Positions 26,922 to 39,615 of a stretch of DNA of 64,000 nucleotides are shown piece after piece. The translations under genes were made by a program, and so were the position numbers. This DNA comes from Octopus bimaculoides (taxonomy: Eukaryota): contig NC_068990.1 of assembly GCF_001194135.2 (NCBI RefSeq), positions 29,571,209 through 29,635,208 of the forward strand, written 5' to 3'. Below the pieces are notes generated by a model. The model was not told the origin of the DNA and did no database searches. It saw nothing but the letters and a program-made list of their open reading frames with translations. The first letter of the stretch is position 1; each line of letters begins with the position of its first letter.

Positions 26922-28283
26922 GGTGGCAAGCTGACAGAATTGTTGGTGCATCAGACAAGATGCATTGCAGCATTTTTTTCTGGCTCTGTACGTCCTGAAT
27001 TCAAATTCTGCCATGGTTGACTTTGTCTTTCATCCTTTTGGGAGTCAGTAAAATAAAGCATGAGTCAAATATTCTTTTCTACTCTAGGCACAAGGCCTGA
27101 AATTTTGGGGGAGGGAGCCAGTCAATTAGATCAACCTCAGTATGCAACTGGTACTTAATTTATCGACCCCAAAAGGATGAAAGGCAAAGTCAAACTCGGT
27201 GGAATTTGAACTCAGAACATAAAGACAGACAAAATACTGCTAAGCATTTTGCCCGGCGTGCTAACGTTTCTGCCAGCTCGCCACCTTAAAGCAGGAGTCA
27301 AATACTGGAGTCAATGTAATCAAGCTGCACTCTCCTCCTCCTTCTCCTTTATAATTGCTGGCTTTGTGCAAAAATCAGAATTCTTAAGAGAAATTCATTA
27401 AGCACTAAAAATAAAAGTTGCTAAATATTCAGTAGCATGTTGGTTGTTCCATATTGAATCAATTTGAGTTAGAATTCTCTTTTATCAAGAGAAAAATGGC
27501 TGCTAATACAGAACAGCTGTCAATTTGGTGAAGAAATTTATACACAGTTAATTTCAAACACACACATGCACACACACACACATACACACACACACACACA
27601 TTGAGATGTGTTTTAATTGATTTTTATCTGTTTTTATTGTTTAAAAACTTGAAAGCTTAATAAAAAGCAACTTCCCCACTTTGTGCCCTGACATGATATT
27701 TATAACCTGCTGCTTCAGCTGGTTATGAAAGAAATACGTAAGAAAAATCTAAGTGTTCCTTGTAATTTAATTTTTTTCTAGCTGCACACACACCTGATAA
27801 AAATACCTGGTTTCTTGCATCCTGTTAATTAAACCTATTCCGATGCAGACCACAACCAGTCTCAGGGGATTTTGCTTAATCTAATCCATACATCATCATC
27901 ATCATCGTTTAACGTCCACTTTCCATGCTAGCATGGGTTAGGCAATTTGACTGAGGGCTGGTGAACCAGAGGGCTACACCAGGCTCCAATCTGATTTAGC
28001 AGAGTTTCTACAGCTGGATGCCCTTCCTAACGCCAACCACTCCGAGAATGTAGTGAGTGTTTTACGTGCCACCGGCACGAGGTACAGTCAGGCGGTACTG
28101 GCGACAGCCATGCTCGAAATGGTGTATTTTACGTGCCACCTGCACAGGAACCAGTCCATCGGCACTGGCAACGATCTCGCTTGAATGTCTTTTCACGTGC
28201 CACTGGCACAAGAGCCAGGAAGGCGACGTTGGTTACGATCACGCTGGTGCTATTTACGTGCCGCACTGGTAAAATTCAGATTG

Positions 28284-28500
28284 AATCCTTTAGCATTTAA
28301 ATTACTCTGTCAAATATAATTCTTATTCACATTGTTTTCAATTAATCATGTATTACCTTGTAACTTTGAAATTTTAATGTTGTAATTGTTTATTTTTAGA
28401 ATGACATTGTAGGATAGGTGTGAGAGGTCAGATGTGGCCAGTCAGAACATAAATCAGGTAGAAATTCAGGCTGGATGTGGTTGGATTAAATGCTGAAGGG
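28284..28500. mobile_element. Second piggyBac-like MITE family
   Basis: cctttagcatttaa...ttaaatgctgaaggg termini; related inverted copy at ~8790-8990. Confidence 0.55.
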
Positions 28501-28592
28501 AGCAGAGTTTGCAGTTACTTTATGTAAATGTTTTTTCTTTAAAATAATGTGATTACAAGTTTATTAAATATCCTCTGGTTATTCAACTTATT

Positions 28593-28686
<94 letters not shown>

Positions 28687-31156
28687 TTCTCTGTTGGACA
28701 AGAACAATGGATACTTGACTGGCTCTCCATCGGTTACGAAGACATCTGTTCCAGTTGATCTGGAACAGCTTCCTCATGAAATTAACTTGCAAGTGGCTGA
28801 GCGCTCCACAGATATGCGTCCCCTTAACATAGTTCTCAGGGAGATTCAGTGTGACATGTGACAAGGCTGGCCCCTTTGTATTACAGGTACAACTCCTGCC
28901 AGTTGAACTGGAGCAACATGAAATAAAGTATCTTGCTCAAGGGCACTGCTGGAGATTGAACTCTCAACCTTACTATTGTGAGCCAAATACTCTTACCACT
29001 AAGCTATGTGTCTTCACCAGGGACACCTAAAAAACACTCAGCTTCACGACAAAGGGATCTCTCTCTCTGAAGATCTCTGATGGCAATCCCTCATCTATAA
29101 CGTACCCAAAGCAACACCCCAAACACTAAGATTCTTTGTTCTAGTCAGAAAATATGCTTCCCTGGTTAGTTGTTGATCTTCTGCATGGCCCCACTGCAAC
29201 CCCATATTAAAGTATTTCTCACCCATCTGTAACCGTGCTGCTGTCGCACACAAACCTTTGGGACCACATTCAGCTGGTTCTCAACCATTTTAATATCCCG
29301 GTCAGATCCAAAAACCTGGATTTTTTTTAGGGAGTCAAACAAAAAAAAGTAAAACAAATCAATTAAAGAAAAATTTATATTTAGAGAGGAAAGCCCATTA
29401 AGAGCCACACGAGGCCCAGAGATCCACAGTATAAACTCTAAACTTCTTGTGTCATTGCTATATTGATCTTTACTCTGCTCCTCTCAACTAGAAAGCTACA
29501 TCCATCATCCAGTCTTCAGCAGTCATCATTGTCTCTATTTTTTCTGTTTCTTTTATTTATTTTTTTATTTTTTATTTTTTTGTCATTCTTACTGTATTTC
29601 ATGTCACAAATCCTGTATTTAATATTTTACCTTAATTGTTCCCTGTCAGAACTGCAACCCTCAAATATTTCTTTAAACCCCACCCCCANNNNNNNNNNNN
29701 NNNNNNNNNNNNNNNNNNNNNNNNNNNNNNNNNNNNNNNNNNNNNNNNNNNNNNNNNNNNNNNNNNNNNNNNNNNNNNATTGATTATCAATCACTTTGAT
29801 CTCATCTGAGGAATGGTTTATCAAAGTCATGGACACTGTTTTTTCCGCTACTAAGTTGTTAATAATAATAATAATAATAATAACAAGAGCACTCAGAGAG
29901 CGCAAACTTCCATCAAGGCAACACCAATGTCCTCTCAACGATTAGCCTGAGATGATTTTTAATATGAGAATGTCTGAAATAGACTCGACTGTTCTCACAA
30001 ACGAGAACACTAAAAATGAACCTGACTGTTCTCAAAAATTAAGTAAAAAAACTGAAAAGATGAGGGGCAAAGATGATTTGGGTGGTATTTGAACTCAGAG
30101 CATTTTGTCTGATGTGCTAATGACTCCACTTGCCACCTTAAATGATGATAATGATCCGTTTTACTGTAGTCACAAGGCCTGAAATTTCGTGGGAGGCAGG
30201 GACAGTCAATTAGATCAACCCCAGTACTCAACTGGTACTTAATTTATCAACTCCGAAAGGATGAAAGATAAAGTCGACCTCTTTGGAATTTGAACTCAGG
30301 AGGTCAAAGCAGACAAAATACTGCTAAGCATTTCGCCCAGTGTGCTAACAATTCTGCCAGCTCACTGCCTTGATAATAATAATAATAGTAAAAACGGTTT
30401 CAAATTCTGGCACAAGGCCAGCAACTTCAGAGGAGTGTCCAAGTTGATTACATCGACACCCAGTACTCAACTGGTACTTATTTTGTCTATCCCGAAAGGA
30501 TGAAAGGTTAAGTTAACCTTGGCAGAATTTGAACTCAGAACGTAAAGGATAGACGAAATGCTACTAAGCATTTTGCTCAGCATGCTAATGGTTCTGCTAG
30601 CTCAGCCCCTTAATAATCCTTTGTGTTATAGGCACAAGGCCTGAAATTTGGGGGAGGGGGATGTTCGATTACATCGACCCCAGTGTTTCACTGGTACTTA
30701 ATTTATCGACCCCGAAAGGATGAAAGGTAAAAATCGACCTTGGCAGCATTTGAACTCAGAACATAAAGTCAGAAGAAATGCTCCTAAACATTATGTCCGG
30801 TGCAGTAACAATTCTGCGAGCTTGCCATCATCATCATCATCATTTAACATCCATTTTCTATGCTAGCATGGGTTGGACGGTTTGACTCCGATCTGCAAAG
30901 CCAGCGGCAGCACCAGGCTCCAATATGATTTGGCATGGTTCCATTGGCTGGATGCCTTTCTTAACGCCAACCACTCTGAGAGTGTAGTGGGTCCGTTTTA
31001 CGTACCACCAGCACAGGAACCAGTCAGGTGGGCCTGACATCGATCATGTTTGGATAGTGCTTTCTACATGCCACCGGCATGGGAGCCAGTCAGTGGGTAC
31101 TGGCATTGGCCATATGCAGATGGTGCTTTTTACATGCCACCAACACAGAAGCCATA

Positions 31157-31481
31157 TGTTGAACTTTGATTTCAAGAGAAGTCTAAGGCACATAAAATAT
31201 GCAGTGATGACCTTGTCTTTCATTTCTCTGTGCAAGATATTGTCCAGCTCCAGGACCCCAAAGTAATTATACCTGTCATCATCTGGGTCTTCCATTCTCT
31301 CTCCGTTTGGCAATTCTATGCCCCTACAATTTACTCTTTTCTCCCACTTCAAAGTGAGCACTGCACACTTCGAGATACCGAATTCCATCTTTATATCCTT
31401 GCTGCACATCTGCGCAATTTTAACCAGCTTCTCCATTTCAGGCTCTGTTTTCGCAAACAATTTTAAATCATCCATGAAGAG
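31157..31481 (-). mobile_element. Non-LTR retrotransposon RT fragment, R4/Dong-like
   Basis: LFMDDLKLFAK...MEFGISKCAVL...IELPNGE...YNYFGVLELDNILHREMKDKV...SKFN; truncated by a SINE. Confidence 0.8.
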
Positions 31482-31524
31482 GTGGTTGAGACAAGGTCTG
31501 TTCTTTTAAGACGAGGTCCTATTA

Positions 31525-31735
31525 TTAAGATGGCAAGCTGGCAGAATCATTAGCGTGCTGGACGAAATGCTTAGCAGAATTTCACCTGTCACTACGTTCT
31601 GAGTTCAAATTCCACCGAGGTCAACTTTGCCTTTCATCCTTTCAGGGTCAATTAAATAAGTACCAGTTACAAACTGGAGTTGATATAATCAACTTAATCC
31701 CTTCCCCCAAATTTGTGGCCCTGTGCTTCCAGGAG
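31525..31735 (+). mobile_element. tRNA-derived SINE family B with Meta-domain-like core, representative copy
   Basis: Head ggcaagctggcagaa...gttcaaattcc; core gcctttcatcctttc.gggtc.at.aaataagtaccag; copies at ~2930, 6295(-), 17095(-), 25405, 27080(-), 30165-30830(-, three in tandem), 55415, 55645, 56545. Confidence 0.8.
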
Positions 31736-31747
31736 AAAGGTTTGTTT

Positions 31748-31781
<34 letters not shown>

Positions 31782-34700
31782 GACTGTTTTCCTCCAGTAA
31801 CAGCTGTGTCCTTTCCTGTTGTTATCTAATGACCTGCTAAATTAAAGTAGAACCTGTTTGTCAGCCAGACCAATTCTCTCCTTTGTATTGAATATTGAAT
31901 TACCCATACAGTCATCTGTGTTGGCACCTTAACCTCGTAGCTTTTATGCTTCATCGATATTAGAAATGAATAATTAATACTCGTGTTTACTCTCTAAATA
32001 ACGGCTTGAGAAATACGGCTAATCTTGACTGACTACCCAAATATCTCTACACCTCGCTTTTATTTAAGTTTTTAATTTCACTCACTCACACACATATTCA
32101 ATGCCTGATCTATTTTCTATTTACGCAATGATTTAGTAACTGTGAGGTGTTAACTAGAAACGATGTTATAAACAGAAGCTTAGCCTTTATTGCAGCTGAT
32201 GTCAGGTGTAGCTGGACAAGGGACATAACTCTACATATTTCAACTTTTGTTAACCACTAAAGACGTCATGGAGAAAGAGGACGCAATGAGATGGCGGCGG
32301 TAGTGGTAGTGGTGGTGGTGGTGGTGGCAGTGACGACGGTGCGGGGTTTTGGTGGTGGACTATTTTCAACACTGTTTAAAACTATGTGAAGGTAGTGGCA
32401 ATCCATCAGCAGACGACGTCATTCATCCACACAATCTAACTTCATGACATAAAGAGCGTGAACGTTGTTGTCTCCTCGCACCATCACTCTTGAGCCCAAT
32501 ACCGAAGGAACGCCAAGATAACTACAGAAAGATTACATCTATGCCAATAGTAAACAAAGATATATTTGTACAGTGAATATGTTTACATTTTGTTAACGGA
32601 ATTCTGTATAAAGTCAACAAATGATTTCACGTTGGCTTTGTATGTCTACGGAATGTTTTTGCTTAGGAAATGTACCTTTGATATTCACTCTCAGTTTACC
32701 CATCAATCATCAATCATCATCATCATCATCATCGTTTAACGTCCGCTTTCCATACTGGCATGGGTTGGACGGTTTGCCTCAGGCTCCAATCTGGTCTGGC
32801 AAAGTTTCTACAACTGGAGGCCCTTCCTAACGCCAACCACTCTAAGAGTGTAGTGGGTGCTTTTTACGTGCCACCGGCATGAGGGCCAGTCAGGCAGTTC
32901 TGGCAATGACCACGCTCACGCTCTAAAAGTGTTTTTATGTGCTACCTGCACATGAGCCAGTCTGGTAGCAGTGGCAATGACCATGCTCGAATGTTGTTTT
33001 TCACATGCTACCGGCACATGTGCTGGTAAGGCAACACTGGCAATGATCATGCACAAATGGTGCTTTTCGCATGTCACTGGCACAGGAGCCAATCCGTGGC
33101 CTTCGCAATGATCACACTCAGATGTGTTTTCAACGTTCCACTGGCACGAGTGCCAAACAGGTGGTACTGTCATCAGCCATGTCAGCAAAAGTTCCGTTCG
33201 ATAATTAGACCAATAAATAGGTTGGAATGTACAATCGAAGGCACAGAGGTCAGTGGTTGAGAGTTGTTGCCTTCATGGTTGTAAAATTGTGGTTTTGTGT
33301 CCTGGACCAGGCGATACGTGTGTTCTTGAGCAAAGTGCTGCATTTCACCACTGTTCCACTCCATTCAGCTGTGAAGGAGTTAACAGGGTCATGGACTAGC
33401 ATCTCATCCAGGTGGTGGGTTGCTTGGATCTCACCATCTCATCATCATTGTTATTATTTCCACATTTCCATGTTTTCATGTATCAGGTGGAATTTGTTGG
33501 GTCAGATTTTCTATGGCTGAATGCCCCCCCCCCTTGCTGCCAGTCCTCACCTGTTTCCAAGCAAGGTAACATTTCGTCATGACCAAATATGTTTTCTTGG
33601 AGGATTCATAATGAGGGACATAGCTTGCATGATGGTGACACTCCTTTACAATGATCACTCAAAGCATGTGGTACGCTTGAACAATTGTGAAGATCTCTTC
33701 ACATGAAACCATTGGTTGCCTTGTTAACCAACAAAAAAAAATGTATATATATCTATTATTATCATCTGTAACTGACAAACCAGAGGCTATACCAAGCTCC
33801 ATCATCTGTTTTAGCATAGTTTCTATGGCTGGATGCCCTTACTGGTTTATATGTATGTATGTGTGTGTGTAAATCAATTTGTATTTCACCATGTTTGAAC
33901 ATGAGTTCATGGAATGTAGACAACAGCTGCACAGTTCATGCAGATGGTATCATTTGTTTCCTGTTCTTTACATAACCACATCCAGGCTGTTTGTGAGGGT
34001 TGATGCGGAAAGGGCACCCAGCCATAGAAAAATGTCAAGGACTTCTTCCATTTTTCCTGAGCATCAAACTAATCCACCTTGTTTATTGTTCCATCACTTG
34101 TCTCTGTTTTTTTTTTGTGTTCTGCATCATTTTGAACCATCTATCTATCCATCCATCCATCCATCCATCCATCCATCTACCTACATACTCACATACATAT
34201 ATGCATACACACACACATACATACATACATACATACATACATACCACTGGAACTCTAAAAATCTGTAAAACTTTCCAGAAGTTTATCATTTAAATATATA
34301 TGAGCATGTCTAGATATGTAACTATATGCATGGGAATGCATACATAAAACAAAACATACAAATCTGCACACATACATACATAATTACAAACAAAAAACCA
34401 TGTTGTTGATGTTGAAATTCTAATGAAGGAGCCTTGGATCTAGGTTAGAAACTGGCTCTTTCTCTATTGACAAATCTTGAAATAAAACTGAACAATGACA
34501 CACACACAGAGATATATATACTGGGTTCCTTCCAGTTTCTGTCTCCTAAATCCACTCACAAATCTTTGATCAACCTGGGGTTATAGTAGAAAATGCTTGG
34601 CCAAAGTACCATAGTGGGTGTGAACCCAGAACCATATGATTAGGAGGTGAACTTCTTAACCACACAACTAATCATGCACCTGAAATATGCTGTGGAGAAA

Positions 34701-35289
34701 AAAAAAACAATATTATTTGAGTAATAAATTTGTCTCTTCTAGAGAATAACTACAGATGTCCCACCATCATTTGCAACCTCAAGTGGAAAAATAACTTCAC
34801 CATATTTGTTGAATTACTTTTTACTATTAAATGAATTATTATAGAATGGAATTATATATTTATTGGTATATCACTGTATGGTACCTCCAGCAAGTGTCTT
34901 CTACATTCACAGATTTTCATCTTTATTTTTTCTCTCTCTCTCTCTCTGTATGTATGTACCCATCAGGGTCCCATCTATCAATTAAACAGATTTCCTAGGA
35001 GTAGTGGAGGCTCCTGTTATTTTTTACAAAGAAGACAACTTTTCCAGGGGAAAGATACTCTGACAAAACTTGCAGTCAAAACAGTAGCAGTCATCTTACT
35101 AACTTGGTAGTGGAATCTACTATGGTGACCGAGAGGAAGTCAAAAGTGTTGTACAATTTTTTGTCATAGATGTCTTACAATCATTTCCTTTCTTGGTTTG
35201 TTTTGTAGGCAATCATCATCATGTATGTATGTATATAGTTGTCAATTAGTTCTCCAGATGCCAGAAACAAAAGCACGCTCAATATAAGA

Positions 35290-36385
35290 GAGCAGATATA
35301 TTTTCAACCTTATTAGGCACATAAGATGGAAAGCTTCCTTCTATAACCAAGCAACCCCATCCACACAGTCTGAATACCAGCAAGTCAGATTTCAGAGATT
35401 ACCACTCAGGTTCAAAGTAACTGGAAGCCTTCATAGCAGACTTCTTAGGCATTATCCCCCCCCCCCCACACACACACACACCCAGGCCTATAATAACATA
35501 AACTGTAAGGGCAGCAGATAGAATAGAACCTTTAGCAGAGGAAAGACCACAAGCTAAATATCACCTCCAGCCCCAAGTACCATTTGATTAACCTGATCAA
35601 ATCTGAGGTTGGTCAGGTGAGCAAGCACATTCTCAGGAAGATCAATGATAAATCAAGGAAATTATCTTGTATCTACCCATGGCAAATTTGCAAAAAAGAC
35701 GTTATTTCTTGGTTTAAGGTCAACCAGGGTAGAGGTAAGTCAAGGGTCACCCAATTCAATAGAGTGGAATTTTATCCATTCATATCAAGAGGGTTGTCAC
35801 ATAAAGGACTTATTTTACTTGGAAACTTACCAACAATTGTGTTAGGGCCTTGGATGTAATAATGCATGCCAGAAAAACTCTCCTCTTTAATGAATGTTGA
35901 ATTTGAGTCAAACAACCAAACTCAGAAGGTGCCATCAGTATCATGACAGGGCACCTTCAGCAACGCACATATCTGCAATTTTATAACATTTTTATATTAC
36001 ACACCTGAGATCTGAAATTTAATTCAACTCACTTTGGTTATTGAACACCTAAGCTTAAAAAAGACCTAATTCAGACCATTAAACCCCCTAAAGTCCAAAG
36101 CTACTATAGAGGCTAACCTAATTGTAGATAATTTTTTTATAGATAACGTATGATTTAGGCACAAGTTCATATAGGCTCCCCACTGTAAAACCAAATATGA
36201 AGCTGTCGTACATCAATACAACTTCAAGCCACCTGTTTATATTGTTTGAAAACTTTGTAATGGGTGTCAATAGGTGGTTCTGAAGCCTACCCCACCAAAG
36301 TGGATGTCCTCAATACAGCAGCATCCTACTACAATGAGGCTTTCACTTCAGTAGATTTAAGGACCACATTATTCACAAGCTGCAA
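35290..36385 (+). pseudogene. Decayed Penelope-like retroelement ORF (reverse transcriptase region)
   Basis: Collinear motifs across stops and frameshifts: IRWKASFY (35321), KDHK...HLINLIKSEVGQVSKHIL (35542), ISWFK, TQFNRVEFYPFIS, IMHARKTLLFN (35859), GTFSNAHIC, TIEANL (36103), KPNMKLSYIN, AASYYNEA; recognised from memory of PLE RT signatures. Confidence 0.85.
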
Positions 36386-36704
36386 GGTAACCCCCACAGT
36401 GCTGGTGCCATGGAAAGCACTGAATACTCCCTAAATGAAGAGTAATTGATTCAGAGAGAAACTATACAGGGTTTGAGAGAGTTTTTTTAGTCTTCCTGAT
36501 GACATGGCAAGCTCCATGGTGCTGGTGCTAATGAATAATAACTGCAATAAAGCAGTTGGTGTTAGGAAGGGCATCCTGCTGTAGAAACCTAGCCCCAAAA
36601 ATAGAGATATTGGAGAAAGGTGTGGGTCTTAGATATGTTGAGTTCTGTTGAACCATCCAACCCATGCTACCATGAAAGATAGGCATCAATTGATGATGAT
36701 GAAG

Positions 36705-36741
<37 letters not shown>

Positions 36742-36817
36742 GTTAAAGAGGACAACAAACATTAAGGCAAGGCAAACATCTCAAGTCATACATTATTATT
36801 ATTGGAAAAAATTCAAA

Positions 36818-36856
36818 GTCTTACAGCTGTTTCTGGGATATTCCATCATCAGAGAC
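36818..36856 (-). ncRNA. Minimal type-I hammerhead ribozyme (HH-4)
   Basis: GUCU CUGAUGA UGG-aauauc-CCA GAA ACAGCUGU A AGAC; stems I and II paired, palindromic stem III, GUA cleavage triplet. Confidence 0.8.
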
Positions 36857-37537
36857 AAATGGGGAAAATGAGAATGGTATATATTAATGAGATGATGACA
36901 TAGAAGAAAGGAGTAAAAGAATAAGGAGATGGAAAGAAAGAAGAAAAAAAAGAAGCATAAAAGTTCATAGTTCAACTTTCTGAAGTTATAGAAACCAAAG
37001 CATAAGCCCTTAGATGCAATCCTGTGTAGATCCATGAGTGTAAGTCCTTAGGGGCAATCCTGCATAGATTTATGTGGGCTAAAATCCTGAAATAGTAGAC
37101 ATCTGCTGCATCGGAAATCTGCAATGGCTCCATAACTACTGTCTTGGCTATAACCTTGGAGCCCTAGTAATCCGTTACACCACTTACCTAGTGTACCTAA
37201 TCATTTAGATCACTTATGAACTAAACCCCCATATTTTGTGTGTTTATACACTCACACACACACATATGTATGGGGAAGTACCAGCTGGACACAAACAGGG
37301 ACTCGATCAATCATGGCTGAGTCACTTGAGTGAGGGTGTCTGGTGTAGAAAAATTGGTAACACCTAATGACTTCAAGAAACATCACTGACGATGTGTATG
37401 TGTGAACCCGTTTATGGATGTGAAACTATTGGTCCCTCTTTGACCAGACATAGACTTAACTCCTTACAAATACATTAATGCTTGGCACTTTAGAGTGTGG
37501 TTCTTTTTCGGATATGATACACTAACGATTGTATATA

Positions 37538-37770
37538 CAGGGCTGGCCAAAAGTCACCTGACAGTGAATCAAAATTTCATAAATACTATCTGTAATTCCG
37601 TATTGACTCAAATGGAAAAATGTGTCGCTCAAGAAGGATTTCAGTTTGAACAATTTTCATGATATTTCACATTTAGATGCTTTTATTAAATCCATTCAGT
37701 TGTTAAACATAAATAAATCTTGGAATTAAATGGTTTTGATTTACTGTCAGGTGGCTTTTGGTCAATCCTG
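37538..37770. mobile_element. Tc1/mariner internal-deletion derivative
   Basis: TA-cagggctggccaaaagtcacctgacagt...actgtcaggtggcttttggtcaatcctg-TA; interior reads MEKCVAQEGFQFEQFS*, like a transposase C-terminus. Confidence 0.75.
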
Positions 37771-37993
37771 TATATATATACAGTACAGTTGCCAGTACCG
37801 CCTGACTGGCCCTTGTGCCAGTGGCATGTAAAAGCATCCACTACACTCTCGGAGTGGTTGGCGTTAGGAAGGGCATCCAGGTGTAGAAACTCTGCCAGAT
37901 TAGAGCCTGGTGCAGCCATCTGGATCGCCAGTCCTCAGTCAAATCATCCAACCCATGCTAGCATGGAAAGTGGATGCTAAACGATGATAATGA

Positions 37994-38029
<36 letters not shown>

Positions 38030-39460
38030 ATGAAAGGAAAACCGTCAATGGCACCTGTGCCCAGCATCGCATCGCCTTCCTGGCACGTATAAAGACATTC
38101 AAGCGAGATCGTTACCAGTGCCACCTGACTCCTGTGCAGGTGGCACGTAAAATACACCATTTTGAGCATGGCCGTTGCCAGTACCGCCTGACTGGCCTTC
38201 GTGCCGGTGACATGTAAAAGCACCCACTACACTCTCGGAGTGGTTGGCGTTAGGAAGGGCATCCAGCTGTAGAAACTCTGCCTAATCAGATTGGAGCCTG
38301 GTGTTGCCATCCGGTTTCACCAGTCCTCAATCAAATCGTCCAACCCATGCTAGCATGGAAAGCGGACGTTAAACGACGATGATGAATGTATATATATATA
38401 TATATATATTTATGTATGTATGTATGCATAAGTGTACGTGTGCAGACATATGCATGCAATGCAGTGTAGCACCAAAGTCCTTCAAATTCCAGATAAACTG
38501 CTTTCTGATATCTATTTCTCTTCTCTATATGTTCTGGATAAATTCTTGTCCAAAATGACAAGGGAGGCAACTATGAAATCCAAATTAGGAGAAAAATTGA
38601 ATTATGAGGAGATAAAGGGTCGACACGTATTGTTTTCTGTATCATCAATATTAGTATTTGTATTGGTTAAACTAAAGCGATATTAGTTTAACCAAAGAAT
38701 TTATATCAGGAGTTTCAATCGAGTTTTTAGCCTTCATAGAAATAACAACCAGCATTGTAGCTTCTACCAAATCCTCCTCAACTTATTAGAAATAGCAGTT
38801 TCATTTCTACTAAACCCTATCTTGAGATCTTCAATGGATAATGTAGTCTTAAATAAGGTGTTTGAAATAATGGCATGATGGCCTCAGCATGAGCACCTTG
38901 GACTACAACTGACCTGGAGTTTAACAATAGCAGCACTAATAAATTCACCTTTAAAATAATCTAAAGCAAAAACTGTATTATAATAAAGGAAATGAAAAAA
39001 ATTAATTAAAAAATATTCAAATGTAAGTTAGAAGAAATTATTTAAGCTATATCGTGAATTTCGAAGCCCTACATTACTTATTAGAGATAATAGCTAAATT
39101 ATCCTCAAATCACACACTGCCATCTTTCAGAAGGACAGGAAACATTACATAATGTAGTCTTAAAAGACGTTGTTCTGATTGGAATGTCTGAGATCATAGG
39201 CGCGTGGTAGACCAAGATTGACCTAGGGTTAAACAACTTCATTATTACCAACAGTTAGTTCCCTTGATAAAGTAGAGTTATGTAGTTTCGTATATATTGG
39301 ATTTTATAAAATTTCATTATTGGAAAATATTTACTATAAAATAATTGATAGAATATTCGTTAATGAATTTTTAAAAGGTACATAAATGTGTTAATGGTTT
39401 GAGCGCGTTGTTCCTTTAGCTGTGGTACTAATGTATGGGTTAACCATGCCGGTGGTATTG

Positions 39461-39476
39461 GTGCCAAGATGGCGGC
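39461..39476 (+). promoter_or_regulatory. YY1-type motif overlapping the INTS10 start codon
   Basis: gccAAGATGGCGGcag matches the YY1 consensus CAAGATGGCGGC; function not demonstrable from sequence. Confidence 0.4.
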
Positions 39477-39615
39477 AGTTGTAAATAGTGACAACTTCAG
39501 CGACGAAGAATGGTTGGTGCAGAGGGCTCAGAGCTGCATCAAGACAGACACCTATGCTGCCAAAGCATGGATGATCACAGCCAGAAGTCTATTCCCCAAA
39601 AACTTCAATATACAG
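39469..39615 (+). CDS. INTS10: Integrator complex subunit 10, first coding exon
   Basis: ATG in ccaagATGgcgg; 49 codons [49 protein letters not shown] then gtaaac; matches the INTS10 N-terminal motif LVQRA...AAKAW.ITARSL.P..FNIQ. Confidence 0.96.

Noticed and set aside
36496-36522. CTGATGA-CATGG...CCATG hammerhead-like motif
   Set aside because: The hairpin is followed by GTGC, not GAAA, and no stem I or III can be formed.
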